In this document: one piece after another, positions 24,836 to 37,500 of the stretch
Position numbering within the stretch: the stretch's first letter is position 1
Layout: every line of letters starts with the position of its first letter
Assembly (NCBI GenBank): GCA_030390025.1
Contig: CM059438.1
Coordinates: forward strand, 65,474,001 to 65,538,000
Source: Squalus acanthias
Taxonomy: Eukaryota
Direction of reading: 5' to 3'
DNA: 64,000 bases
Notes under the pieces: generated by a model
Seen by the model: only the letters and a program-made list of their open reading frames with translations
Databases searched by the model: none
What the model was told of the DNA's origin: nothing
Position numbers and translations under genes: made by a program

Positions 24836-27092
24836 TTCACCTAAGAGCGAGTGCTGTGCTCCTCTACCTTATTGGACACCTTATAGGAGTCACCAGGAGA
24901 AAGGGAGTGTTTGGTCATGGGCATCTTGCTAGGGGTCTCCCTTGGTCTGCAGGAGGAATGGGAGGAGGACATGAGGCCAGGCAGAACAGCACCAGCTGCT
25001 GCAGGAGAGAGGGACAGGAGGGACAGGAGGGCAAGATGGACTCTTCCCCCCTGTGGGTACAGGACATCCCTCCTCCTCTGGACCTCCTCCACCAGGACCT
25101 CCAGTGCCGTGTCCGAGAACCTGTGCGCCCTCTCACTCGGTCACTGAGCCATCCTGAAACGTGCTGCTGTGTGTCAGCCAGCACACGCCACACCCACAGT
25201 GGAAGTGGGTGAGAGAAGCCCACATGTACTGCTCCAAGGAAATTGCGTTTAATCTGCACTTGAGTGCTAAACCTGCAGGTGTCTCTGTTTTAGCAGCTCC
25301 AAGCAAGATCAAAATATGGTCATCAACAATTATCTCCAAAATTGCGTGCTAAAACCAGACTTTGAAACAGGCGTGTCTTATTAGCACACCACCCATTTAG
25401 CGCCTGTTTTTACCCTTTCATCAAAATAACCCCCAGTGTCTTTCTACAAAGCTGAACTCTAAAGTAACCGAACTGTAGAATATACTGTTGAATCAACAGA
25501 ATAGAGCCAAAAGGCGTCCTATCATGCACCCTGTCAGTTTGAGGTCTGTATTTCTGAATTGATCGCCGTAGAATCATACAGCACAGAAGGAGGCCATTCG
25601 GCCATTCGACACAAACTTTATGTGCTGTATGATGAGATACTAATTGAGACAGGTCATTTTCCAATTATGCCACTGTTATATTTTACAAGATAGAATGTAG
25701 GAGAAGTCAAATGGTAGAAACATGGGTGCAGCCATCTCCATTCATCTATGCAACTTGAAAAGTGTGTTGCTTAAATTTTGTTGATTCCTGTTTATGCATG
25801 TTAATTGCTAAAAAGATATATTTAAAAAAACTTAAGGCATCAGTCATTATCATACCCCAATAGCTTATTAAGTCAAGGCAAAATATTAATTTAATTAGTT
25901 TCTATTGTAAATTTCTTACTTAAATATGTTCATTGTAATTGAATGTTTACTGAAAAAGAAATAAGGTTCAAAGCAAATTGATATACATCAGCTCAGCACC
26001 ACGTACTAACTCCACCTTGCAGACTTCTGGCTCATGCAGTCAAGGCTACACTGGTTATCTAGTTTCAATAGTGTTAGATACTGATCATTAAGGGAACATT
26101 TCTAAATTACATATAAACCCAAATGTTGATGCTTGAAGAACCTAAATGCTAGAAGGAGAAATAAAGGAAGAGAGACCGATCTTTTGTTCCTACTTTTGGA
26201 GATGTGCAAAGCAAACCACTTATTTCTTCTTTCTAATACTACAGGTGGATGAATGATCTGTTTCTTAATTTTGAGTGTACTTCACAAATAAGTGAAGCAT
26301 TTCTTGGGCTATACAAGTGTGCCGATATGTGGCTTTGTTTTGCAAGTACCCTAACTGTACTTTAATCTAAACCTGGTGTACCATCACACTACACTTTGCC
26401 CACTGTTTGCATATGTCATAAATGAACAATGTAATCATATCAATGTGTTTCCCTTGGGGGACATTAAATGTGGAAACCCTCCAGAATAAATTATGTTGCC
26501 AAAACCCCACAGGGAGACGGTGAGATCCAGTTGCCATCCATCTGAGTTCCTCCTCTCACTGGGGAACCAGGTAGAAGGAGTACAGCCCTTGGACTTTCAC
26601 CAAGGTGAAGCGTTGGGGGAAAAAACATACTGTGCACACCTGCACCACACACCAGTAGGATTAATAACATTTCATGTTAATGGGAATTTAATGTGCTTGT
26701 AAGATTAATCGGGAATAGAACTGAATCTGGTATATGTGCAGAAATGCTGCTGCATTCTTAAGTATTGATGGAAGGCTAAGGGATCTGGTAGGATTGGTTT
26801 GGGTGGCTAAGGTAGCAGGCATTGACGTGCGTGATAGTGTACCTATGGTCTCAAACCAGCTGCATGTTGATGGAGTGAACTTAGTTTTTCTCATGACGAG
26901 GAGGCTTTGGAAATTGTGGTCACAAGTGTGTTGTCAATAGTGCCATGTATATTGGAGAACCCAGATAGATGATGAATGTACATGCATCTCTACCTTTGCT
27001 GGGTGTTTTCCATTTGGAAATATATTAATTTTGAATAGTATGAACAAACAAGGTATTTATGACCTGCTAGGTGCTATTTAGCACTTCTGGTT

Positions 27093-27854
27093 TGTAAGAT
27101 TCTACAAACTGTAATAAAACTGTTGCTACCGTGTGGCGATCGAAGTTCAGAATGAATTGTGAAATGGTTACGGACGGATTCAAAATGTAAGAAATCAGCA
27201 TGTGTTCTTTGTTTGTGAAGACACAAAATGGCAGAAGTCAGCAGGGAGTCCTTTGCCTGGTGGTCAGCATGGTCCTTTGTTTGTAAGGCCACATGGACAG
27301 GAAGGAGACATCGGGTTGACGAGAAAGTCCCGCCCCCACACACACATCACAGGAACATGAATGTGTCATGCAGAAGGAAATCCAATCAGGGAAGGTTTGG
27401 AGTGAAACTGACCTATCAGAGGTAGGCAGGCAGTGATATACGAGGGGGGCTGGCAGAAAGACACTATAAAGAGATAAACCAGAGGCAGGAAATTCAGAAG
27501 AAAGAAAGAAGACAGAAGTGGAAGAACAGACGAACAAAGAAAGCTGGCCAGTCTATGTTTTGACTTACGACTTTTTGGACCAATCACCCAGAGATAAAGG
27601 AGTATGTATAAAAGTCGGACATAGAACTTAGATATTGTTAAAGGGTACTTTTATGTACGGTTGACTTGGGATAAGTTGCCGGGGAGATACTTTTATGTAT
27701 GGGTAACTTGGGAGCATATTGATTGCGATTGTACACTTGAATTTTGAACTATAGTGTGAATAAAGATCAATTTTATTGATCACATACTTGTCTGTCATTG
27801 TTACGCTTATTCGTGATTCTCGAAGTCCAAACAATAGTAAGAGAAAAGCTTACA
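27093..27854 (+). mobile_element. Solo LTR (762 bp)
   Basis: TGTAAG...CTTACA termini, 4-bp TSD GGTT on both sides, CCAAT boxes, TATAAAA (~27607), AATAAA (~27759). Confidence 0.85.
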
Positions 27855-28923
27855 GGTTGGGCGGTTTGACAAATAATTTGAGGATTTTCTTCAGAAGACC
27901 CCAGCAGCTTAGAAGCTCAAGGCAGCTATTACTTTGGTAGCCACCGAGTGTGATGACTCGCTCTGAAATTGCTTTCTATGTCTGGTTACAAGAGTACACA
28001 CAGTTTTGTGACACTGTCCTTCAGAACCTAGAGCCTTTGCATTAGAGATCTTCAGACCTCCATTTGGAGGGCCAGGCCTCATTAACGTGCTGCTGGCGAA
28101 CTGCATGCTATGAATAGACGTTCCATTGCAGCTCACCGGTTCCTGGCTCATGCAATATCAATATGCAACATGCAATATGCAGGCCAATCTGACTGGCAGG
28201 AAGGTGCTCCTGTATTTACCTTCAAGGGCCTCTTCCGCTGTAACACCAGGTTTTACTGAGCAGCGCATCCATGGCCCAGGCTCTGCTCAGTAGGCCGTTA
28301 ACATTGCATTCGGCTCTGGTGTATGTCATGGGACCCCGATCTGCATAGAATAATGAGGCTTCCATCTGATTCAGTCAGATGCCTCAGATGCCCAGCAGAA
28401 GGCCCAGGAACAATGACAACAGAGCAGGAACGAGGCGTTAAGTCCACCACCTCCATTTTAACTCCGCTACTGCCCTGTTTCTACTGGGTGTAGAGACTTA
28501 AAATCTTTCCTGACATGTCCACAATCTGAAAAGCCCAATACAGTTTTCTGATTCCATGCTTCAGGTTCAATTTTAAATGGTCAATGATGCTTTCTTTTAC
28601 AAAATGGTAGTTTCTATTAAAGTGACAAGTGATTCAACAATGCCTTAATGGCCCAATTGTACATTGCACTTCTTGTTTGGCAAATCATGTTTATTTTATA
28701 CAGTTTTAATGAACGTGGTGGCCTTTTAAAAGTTGTCTGTTTTTATTTGTGGTCAAGCATATACTGCCTGTAAAGAGGAATCAATAGTTTAAAAAAAAAA
28801 CGATTAAATCTCAGAGCAACCAGTGCTCAGATCATTATGTTCCTTCAACTGGGCTGTGAATTAGGCTTGTTGGACTTAACTACTATACACAGGTACTTGT
28901 AATTCACAGAAGGTTGTTTACAG

Positions 28924-29001
28924 AGTCTGCTGATGAAAGTACAAGAGAATGATCCTGAAGATTTCTACAGTGTGGGAAGTTATTTTGCCCAGAAGGCTGA
29001 G
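28924..29001 (+). pseudogene. Exon, open frame
   Basis: ttgtttacag|28924 ... gag|gtaaga; SLLMKVQENDPEDFYSVGSYFAQKAE (78 nt, phase 0-0). Confidence 0.6.
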
Positions 29002-29215
29002 GTAAGATATGAGGGGGTGTAATGGTATACTCACGTGATATGAAGCGATATTTTGGGGGTGCAAGCTATGTACTGATCATTATTTCAGTTAGATTATTAC
29101 TTCAGCAAGTTGGTACAAGCTAAACACCATGAATATTTCTCAAAAGATCTTACTGCAAATGTGTTAATTGGACAGATGGCGTGGATATAGTTTGGATTGG
29201 CTTGATACATTGCGG

Positions 29216-30290
29216 GGGGGTAATTTTGCGAGGCTCCATGCCCGGTGTGTGGCTGTGCTAGCGAGGGTCAGGAACTGGGGGCTATGTTGTCATAGTCCTA
29301 ACTCTGGTGTCTTGCTCGCCGCCCGTGTGGCACCAAGAGGCAGGTGGCGGAGCCTTGCAAAAGTCCCGCCATTGGAGCTAATTTCTCTCAACGCTGTGCC
29401 CCATCTACGCTATTTCTGGGAAGAGAGTCATGCAGCCAGCTTCATGTGCACTTCGGGTCACTGGGGGCTGCTCCACTGTTCCTGAAGCAGATGTTCCTGA
29501 AGCAGATGTTGCTATTTAAGTTTTCAGTGAACAAAGCACAAGCCGTGTCATTATGGCCTAAAACAGTTTCCTCCATTTCCATTGGTCACAGATCATGCAT
29601 CGTGTAGGTGGCCCCAAGAGGGAACAAGAAGCACATTTGGATACCAGGAAAGTCAGACATCTTAGGTCTATGCTCACAGTTTCAGAGCCATCCTGATCTC
29701 AGGATGCTCTAGGAGACACTCAACCAACTCACTGGCTCCAGCAGCAGGGACTGTTCTGAGAAGAAACACCAGATTAGGCAGCCGAGAACAACCACTCCCA
29801 ATTGGAAGGAAAAGCACCATGGTAGCGGGCACTAGGTAGAGATACATTTGCCGGTTTGGTCAATGAATTATTTTAGCAGAGTTGTTGCTGTGTTTGTACA
29901 AAGTTTTATTCGTGAGGCTTTTGAGAACAATGAAGAGGTGTGGTTTTGCTAGCAAATAGGTAAGATGTAAAATGTTGGGCATTGTGATGGGAGAATTGGA
30001 AAAGGTAAGAGTTCTTGCGTCTTTAGGAGGAAATGTCCTGAATTTGGGTGTGGTAAACACCTACCAGAGGTACTTGCCTGCTCTGCTTCCTCAGCCTCAT
30101 TCTGAAAAAGTCTCAACTTCCTCATCCCCTCCTTCTCCAAGTCCTGGTCCGAGGGTTGGAGGGCCTGCTCCCCAAACAGGTTCAGTTGACACAATGTTGT
30201 TGCTCCCTCTCCAGTTGTACACACCTGACTCCTGTTAAGTGCTGTCTTCTCCGACAGTAGGTGAAAACTGCATTGATGCTTTGAGATTGG
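29216..30290. mobile_element. Probable degenerate Harbinger-type element
   Basis: Starts ggggggtaattttg, with a GC-rich subterminal region and an acidic coding-like remnant on the - strand; other end not identified. Confidence 0.35.
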
Positions 30291-30300
30291 CAGCAGAGGT

Positions 30301-33300
30301 TTTTTTTTATTCCTTCCTGGGATGTGGGTGTCACTGGCAATGGCAGCATTTATTGCCCATCCCTAATTGCCCTTGAGAAGGTGGTGGTGAACCGCTGCAG
30401 TCTGTGTGGTGGAGGTACTCCCACAGTGCTGTTAGGGAGGGAGTTCCAGGATTTTGACCCAGCGACGATGAAGGATCGATATATTTCCAAGTCAGGGTGG
30501 TGAATAACTTGGAGGGAAACTTGCAGGTGATGGTGTTCCCATGCATTTGCTGCCCTTATCTTTCCAGGTGGTAGAGGTCGTGGGCTTGGGAGGTGCTGTC
30601 GAAGAAACCTTGGCGAGTTGCTGCAGTGCATCTTGTAGATGGTACACACTGCAGCCACGGTGCACCGGTGGTGGAGGGAGTGAATGTTTAAGGTAGTGGA
30701 TGGGCTGCCAATCAAGCGGGCTGCTTTGTTCTGGATGGTGTCGAGCTTCTTGAGTGTTGTTGGAGCTGCACCCATCCAGACAAGTGGAGAGTATTCCATC
30801 ACACTCCTGACTTGTGCCTTGTAGATGGTGGAAAGGCTTTGGGAGTCAGGAGGTGAGACACTCGCCGCAGAATAGCTAGCCTCTGACTTGTTCCTGTTGC
30901 CACAGTATTTATATGGCTGGTCCAGTTAAGTTTCTGGTCAATGGTAACCCCAGGGTGTTGATGATGGGAGATTCGGTGATGGTAAGCCAAGAGGCAGTGG
31001 TTAGACACTCGCTTGTTGGAGATAGTCATTGCCTGGCACTTGTGTGGTGCTAATGTTACTTGCCACTTATCAGCACATGCCTGAATGTCATCCAGGTTAT
31101 GCTGCATGCAGGCATGGACTTCTTCATTATCTGAGGAGTTGCAAATGGAACTTAACACTGTGCAATCAGCAGCAAACATCCCCACTTCTGACCGTATGAT
31201 GGAGGGAAGGTCATTGATGAAGCAGCTGAAGATGGTTGGGCCTAGGACACTGCCCTGAGGAACCCCTGCAGCGATGTCCTGTGGCTGAGATGATTGACCT
31301 CCAACAACCACAACCATCTTCCTTTGTGCTAGGTATCATTCCAGCCAGTGGAGAGTTTTCCCCCAGATTCCCATTGACATCAATTTCGCTAGGGCTCCTT
31401 GATGCCACAGTCGATCAAATGCTGCCTTGATGTCAAGGGCACCTCATGTCTAGAATTCAGCTCTTTTGTCCATGTTTGGACCAAGGCTGTAATGAGGTCT
31501 GGAGCTGAGTGGTCCTGGCGGAACTCAAACTGAGCATCGGTGAGCAGGTTATTGGTGAGTAATTGCCGCTTGATAGCACTCTCGATGACACCTTCCATCA
31601 CTTTGCTGATGATTTGAGAATAGACTGATGGGGCGGTAATTGGCCGGATTGGATTTGTCCTGCTTTTTGTGGACAGGACATACCTGGGTAATTTTCCATG
31701 TTGTCGGGTAGATGCCAGTGTTGTAGCTATACTAGAACAGCTTGGCCAGAGGCGTGGCTAATTCTGGAGCACAAGTCTTCAGCACGACAGCCGGGATATT
31801 GTCGGGGCCCATAGCCTTTGCTGTATCCAATGCACACAGCCATTTCTTGATATCATGTGGAGTGAATTGAATTGGCTGAAGATTGGCTTCTGTGATGGTT
31901 GGGAACACAGGAGGAGGCCAATGTGGATAACCCACTCGGCACTTCTGGCTGAAGATAGCTGCAAACGCTTCAGCCTTGTCTTTTGCACTCGCATGCTGGG
32001 CTCCGCCATCATTGAGGATGGGGATATTCATGGAGCCTCCTCCTCCCATTAGTTGTTTAATTGTCTGCCACTATTCACGACTGGATGTGGCAGGACTGCA
32101 GATCTGTTGATTGTGGGATCGCTTAGCTCTGTCAATAGCATGCTGCTTCCGCTGTTTAGCATGCATGTAGTCCTGTGTTGCAGCTTCCCCGGGTTGTCAC
32201 TTCATTTTTAGGTACGCCTGGTGCTGCTCCTCCATGCTCTTCTACACTCCTTATTGAACCAGGGTTGGTCCCCTGGCTTGATGGTAATGGTAGAGTGAGG
32301 GATATGCCGGGCCATGAGGTTACAGATTGTGGTGGAATAAAATTCTGCTGCTGCAGATGGCCCACAGTACCTCATGGATGCCCAGTTTTGAGCTGCTAGA
32401 TCTGTTCTGAATCTATCCCATTTAGCACGGTTGTAGTGCCACACAACACGATGGAGGGTGTCCTCAGTGTGAAGACGAGACTTCGTCTCCACAGGACTGT
32501 GCAGTGGTCACTGCTACCAATGCTGTCATGGACAGATGCATCTGTGACAGATAGATTGGTGAGGCCGAGGTCAAGTAGAATTTTCCCTTGTCTTGGTTCT
32601 GTCACCACCAGCCGCAGGCCCAGTCTGGCAGCTATGACCTTCAGGACTCGGTCAGCTGAGTCAGTAGTGGTGCTACCGAGCCACTCTTGGTGATGGACAT
32701 TGAAGTCCCCCACCCAGAGTACATTATGTGCCCTTGCTACCCTCAGTGCTTCTTCCAAGTGGTGTTCAACATAGAGTAGTACTGATTCATCAGTTGAGGG
32801 AGGGCGGTCGGTGGTAATCAGCAGGAGGTTTCCTTGTCCATGCTTGACCTGAAGCCATGAGACTTCATGGGGTCCAGAGTCAGTGTTGAGGACTCCCAGG
32901 GCCACTCCCTCCCGACTGTATACCACTGTGCCACCACCCCTGTTGGGTCTGTCCTGCCGGTGGGACAGGACATACCCAGGGATGGTGATGGAGGACATTG
33001 GCTGAAAGGTATGATTCTGTGAGTATGACTATGTCAGGCTGTTGCTTGACTAGTCTGTGGGACAGCTCTCCCAATTTTGGCATAAGTCCCCAGATGTTAG
33101 TGAAGGAGGACTTTGCAGGGTCGACTGCACTAGGTATGCCATTGTCGTGTCCAAAGCAGGTGCCTAGGTCGATGCCAGGTGGTCCTTCTGTTTTTATTCT
33201 TATTATTGATTTTCATGGTGGTTTGTTACAGAGTGGCTTGCTAGGCCATTTAAGAGGGCAGTTAAGAGTCAACCACATTGCTGTCGGTCTGGAGTCACAT

Positions 33301-33360
33301 ATAAGCCAGACCAGGTAAGGATGGCCGATTTCCTTCCCTAAAGGACATTCGTGAGCCAGA
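30301..33360 (-). mobile_element. CR1/Jockey-group LINE, same family as 19932-21930, near full ORF but frameshifted
   Basis: APE (PDIVILTES, GGG, VGDFN, SDH), linker (KAMGPDNIP), RT (GVPQGSVLGP, MFAAD), C-terminal MEYSPLVW...HRCTVAA; poly-T at 30301. Confidence 0.92.
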
Positions 33361-33800
33361 GTGTTCCTATCCCCATGTGTGAAGGTTCTCACCATAGATA
33401 TTATGAAGACACAAAAGTTATCGCTTGCAGCTGCTGCCCATGGAAAAAGTTGACAGTGGGTCATGTGTAGGCTGCCCCCATATAAACTGTGTGCTCTGTT
33501 TCTTCTGCATCCTTATGCTGAAGGAGGTGGCACTGTAAGGTGCACAATGTAAGGTCATGAGCACACATGGAAAGGTGGAGAGAAAGTGAAGGAGTGATTG
33601 AGTAGGAACAAAGAGCTTGTGAGTAAAATCTACTACAGTGCTTAAGTATGAACTTAAGGTGTGGGGTCCTACCTTGCCACTATGGGAGGTCATTGAATTT
33701 CTTCTCGCACTGCAGCCTCAATCTCTGCTGGCATTGATGAACTCTGCCACCTGATGCAGAGATTTTAAAGGTAAACTATTGTGTTTCATTGTGCTGGCAG

Positions 33801-33919
33801 ATCGAGGCTCAAACCTTTACATTGGTTTGCACTATTTTATGCCCTTTATTTTGGAAGCTTTATTTAGGAGTTGCCCTCAAGACTGTTCCTTGTTTGGACA
33901 ATTTACCTGAAATGACAGG
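33801..33919 (+). pseudogene. Candidate exon with apparently mutated donor
   Basis: tttcattgtgctggcag|33801; IEAQTFTLVCTILCPLFWKLYLGVALKTVPCLDNLPEMTG; followed by gaaagc, one change from gtaagc. Confidence 0.45.
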
Positions 33920-34432
33920 GAAAGCTGCAAAACACTTTTTTTTTCCCCCCATGGAGATTCATATCTTTATAGTTTACTTGTTAGAGAAAGAGGAGGAGCT
34001 GGCAATCCAAGAAGTCTGGTTTATTGAGGCAGCAGAATTCGGAATCCACAGAGCAGCATGACCTTCACTGATTGGTTTTTGTAACTGTTGGACCCAATGA
34101 TGTAGCAATGAGAACTTAGAGACATTCCCTTACTTCAGTAATTGTCATTGCTTCAAGTCAGTTTGAGCACTTACGGACAGTCCCTTAATCAGTATTTAAC
34201 AACATTTTAATTAGGTAGTCAATTGCAAGAAGAATATGCAAGGTAGCCAGTCTGCAAGTTGAAGTTTGTGAGTTAGCAGAAGCTGCTGTATGCAAAAGTT
34301 GTTTCAACTAAACTTCTTCCATTATCATTCAATCTTGGATTTTCAGAAACCCGAAAAGAAGTTCAACGCAAGTACAATATGTTTCTGATTCTTGTGAATT
34401 TAATTAAGCATTTAATTATTTTTTGTGTGCTG

Positions 34433-34544
34433 ACTGCTTCGACAATTGAACATTTTTCTTAATGAGAAACTTTGGCCCATAGTGTTGGACACTGCCAAGG
34501 TTGAAATGAGGAAGAGAGGCGATCAGATCAAACAAGAAGTAATG
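34433..34544 (+). pseudogene. Candidate exon with apparently mutated acceptor
   Basis: T-rich tract then tgtgtgctg (one change from ...gcag); LLRQLNIFLNEKLWPIVLDTAKVEMRKRGDQIKQEVM; donors gtaatg (34539) or gttagg (34545), both phase 0. Confidence 0.55.
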
Positions 34545-37500
34545 GTTAGGTGACTGCAACCTTGGGTTGAGTGAGTTTTAAAAAATGTTGTAAAAAGCAA
34601 ACTATTTAAAAAGGAAAATTATTTCTCTAATTTATATTTGACATTTTTGATAGGAAAATGTTGAGATTGTCAGGGTCTGATTAACCCTTTAAAATATTGT
34701 TTGTAACACCTGTTTATCACATTTTAATACTTGGAGAAATCGTACTTACCTCCCAATTAATCCTCCAAGTCATTTAGCGCTATGACGTCCCATATGATTT
34801 GGGAAGATTGGGAATTGCAATCTGATCAGGTGAAATTAGCAATTATTTGACACATTTCAATGTGTAAAACGGTGTCACTGCCTTTGGCTGGCAACTGATT
34901 GCTGGTCTTGCTGAGAATTTGACGTCTCTGTCCCACTGGGACCTAAAGAGTGAGTTAACTTAAGTTTTAAAAGTTTGAGTAAAGAAGAGTGCTCCAGGAT
35001 CTATAGACTGAAGCTCCGAGTAAAACCCCATGGGGGCTGAGGCTGGGCTTGGTGAAGAATTGCCTGATAGAAATTAAATTTCCTCTTCAATAGTCCATGA
35101 ATATATCTTTTGCTACATGCCAAACCCAAGCAAAGCTAACCAACACCTCACCAGTGACTGGGATGCAGTCAACTTTCAGTGGAGACGTTCACAGTTCTTT
35201 ACAATTGCTGCACACCAGAAGAGAATGACACATGTTCACAACTGCTAAACTACGTTCAAGGTGATAATTGAGTGTGTGGTGATTTAATTTCCCCATCCTG
35301 ACAGATTGCTGGTAAAATTCAATGAACATCTTTTGTGATTTTACAGGGGGAGGGGGGAAATCAAATTCAGTGATAAAATATTTCACAGCTGAAAATTTGA
35401 TTCACAGTGCAAGATATATTAGAAATTTAAATAAGTTGTGTAATAGGCAAATCAATATCCAAAGTGAGCTGCAATTAATTCCACGGGCTAACATTTTTAT
35501 CTTGACCACATGAGCGGTGATCTTAGCGGAGTGGTTTCCCATGACGATCGAACCCGTTTGATATTCATTGTATTGATTTCAATGGATTTAAAAATTGGCT
35601 GGGATCAAGAACGGACAGGCATCCCTCTCTGCCAGATTGCCTCCCATGAGTTGAAGATGTAATTCCATCAGTGTACTGAAGGATTGGGAATTCAACCAAA
35701 GCAAAATGAAGCCTGGCAGGCATGGATTTCCTCTGTGGTTAATTCCACTTCATAATCTATCTTTCCTTTTCCTTTCTCCCTTATTTTCTTCCTTTAGAGA
35801 TCGTGTGTATGTGTGTGTATCTCCAATGAGGTTGATAATTAACTATGGTTAGAGAAATCAGCTTGGAGCTGTTGTCTCTGTGCCAGGAATTAAAGTTCTA
35901 AATGCATTAATTCTTGTGTTTTTTGAAGCGTTCTGTGAAGTTTCATCAATGAAAAATCTAACAAAGCCTTGTCCCGTTTCGGAATCTGAGTTGCGAGTCC
36001 AAATGGACTTTTATAAGCTGCCTGGATTTTCTATACATAATACAGTCACGATCACAGTATTTGAAAATAAGAATATTAATAGTTAATACCAGTTACTTTT
36101 ATGGCCTCTTTGTCATACCAGTATTTTCTCTTAGAGATAATGAATGATCTGTAAGCTCAACACAAGATGATCTATTTTTAGTAAAATGTTGGGCTACGAA
36201 CTGTTAAAATCTCCTCCCTGCAACTAGAGATTCAGTCGTGTGGTGTTTATGAATATTCAAATTATAAATGCTCCACTGCTTGTGCACTGGTTTCATGCTG
36301 AGGTGATAAGCTGGCATAGAAATTATTCTTTGTGCTATTTACAGTGAAGTTGCAGCCTATCCTCCTTCCATTTTCAAGCAAGTGCATGAATTGTGCAGGA
36401 ATGAAATGAAGTTTAAAAACCATTTTACTAAACGCAGCCAACGGCTGAGTGAGTAAAGGCACTGGGACCATAAAGATCCCAGGTTTGATCCTTCGTCTGT
36501 GCTGGTGTTGGCAAATCTCATCCAGGGAGTCTGACTCACTATCCCTAGCTGAATTTCCCCATTCAGGATTGTTCTCCATTGAGCCTGTGTGTGAATGTCA
36601 GTTGAGGACAGAAGCAATCAGTGAGGGAATGTAACTATGTATTGTTGGTCCTGAAATGGATATCAAGATATAGCAGGCTTGATAGGCCTGTTCCAATATT
36701 CTTTCCATGGTTTTGTGCCCATTGAGGTAAGGAATGTCTGTTCTGAAAAATTAAACACTTTCTGGTTTTGGTATATCGGGATAGATTTTAGGAATTTTCC
36801 CTCCTGGGATGGAGAGTTGCACACTGGTGAGCACGACTGCGGAAAATCCACCCTACAGTGTCATCTGAAGCACCCAGATAAGTGTGCATGTGTGAGTGGA
36901 ACTGCATTGAATAAAACTGAAAATTAACCAGTTGTTTTACAAGATCAGCCGTATGGTTAAATAGCCTTTTAACACTCACTGTCTTGACTCACCCATCAAC
37001 GATGGCCACTTTGGAAAGCTACAGAAAGGTTGCGAGTGCTCATGATCGATACGCCAGCACCTTCAAAACAGGAGGAAAATTGAAAATGAAATACAAATGG
37101 TCCATTATGTTACTGTCCGAATGCAGCGTTTCACAAGGTGGTAGGATGGGTTCATGCATTCAAACCTAATTTTATCTGGAGATAATTTTCCACAGATAAA
37201 GGCAAGAAATTCGAAGAGCAAACCGGAACTGCACTTCCCAGCAGTGAGTTTAACCAGCAACACTAAAAACAGATTAACTGTCCATTCATCTCATAACTGT
37301 TTGGGGGAACCTTACTGTGTGCTAAATATCTGTCATGTTTACCTTCACGGCATCAGTCACTGCACTTCATAGTAATCTTTTTGTATATGAAGTACCTTGA
37401 GAGATCCCTGAAAGATGTGATCAGGTGCTGTATAAATGCATGTCCTTTCTTTTTTAACATTGACTGATCCTTGGGAGATAGTTACTTGCATGCCATGCTA

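Larger units (their letters stand above)
23602..25434 (-). mobile_element. Degenerate Harbinger-type element with Myb/SANT remnant, hosting CR1 and SINE insertions
   Basis: Termini gggtgtgatttt / aaaataaccccc; - strand RTGSRTRH...LVEEVQRRRDVLYPQGGR resembles the Myb-like DNA-binding ORF of Harbingers. Confidence 0.6.

Noticed and set aside
26245..26370. Strong acceptor followed by WMNDLFLNFECTSQISEAFLGLYKCADMWLCF
   Set aside because: No convincing donor, and the phase does not fit the chain. It could still be an exon if homology supports it.
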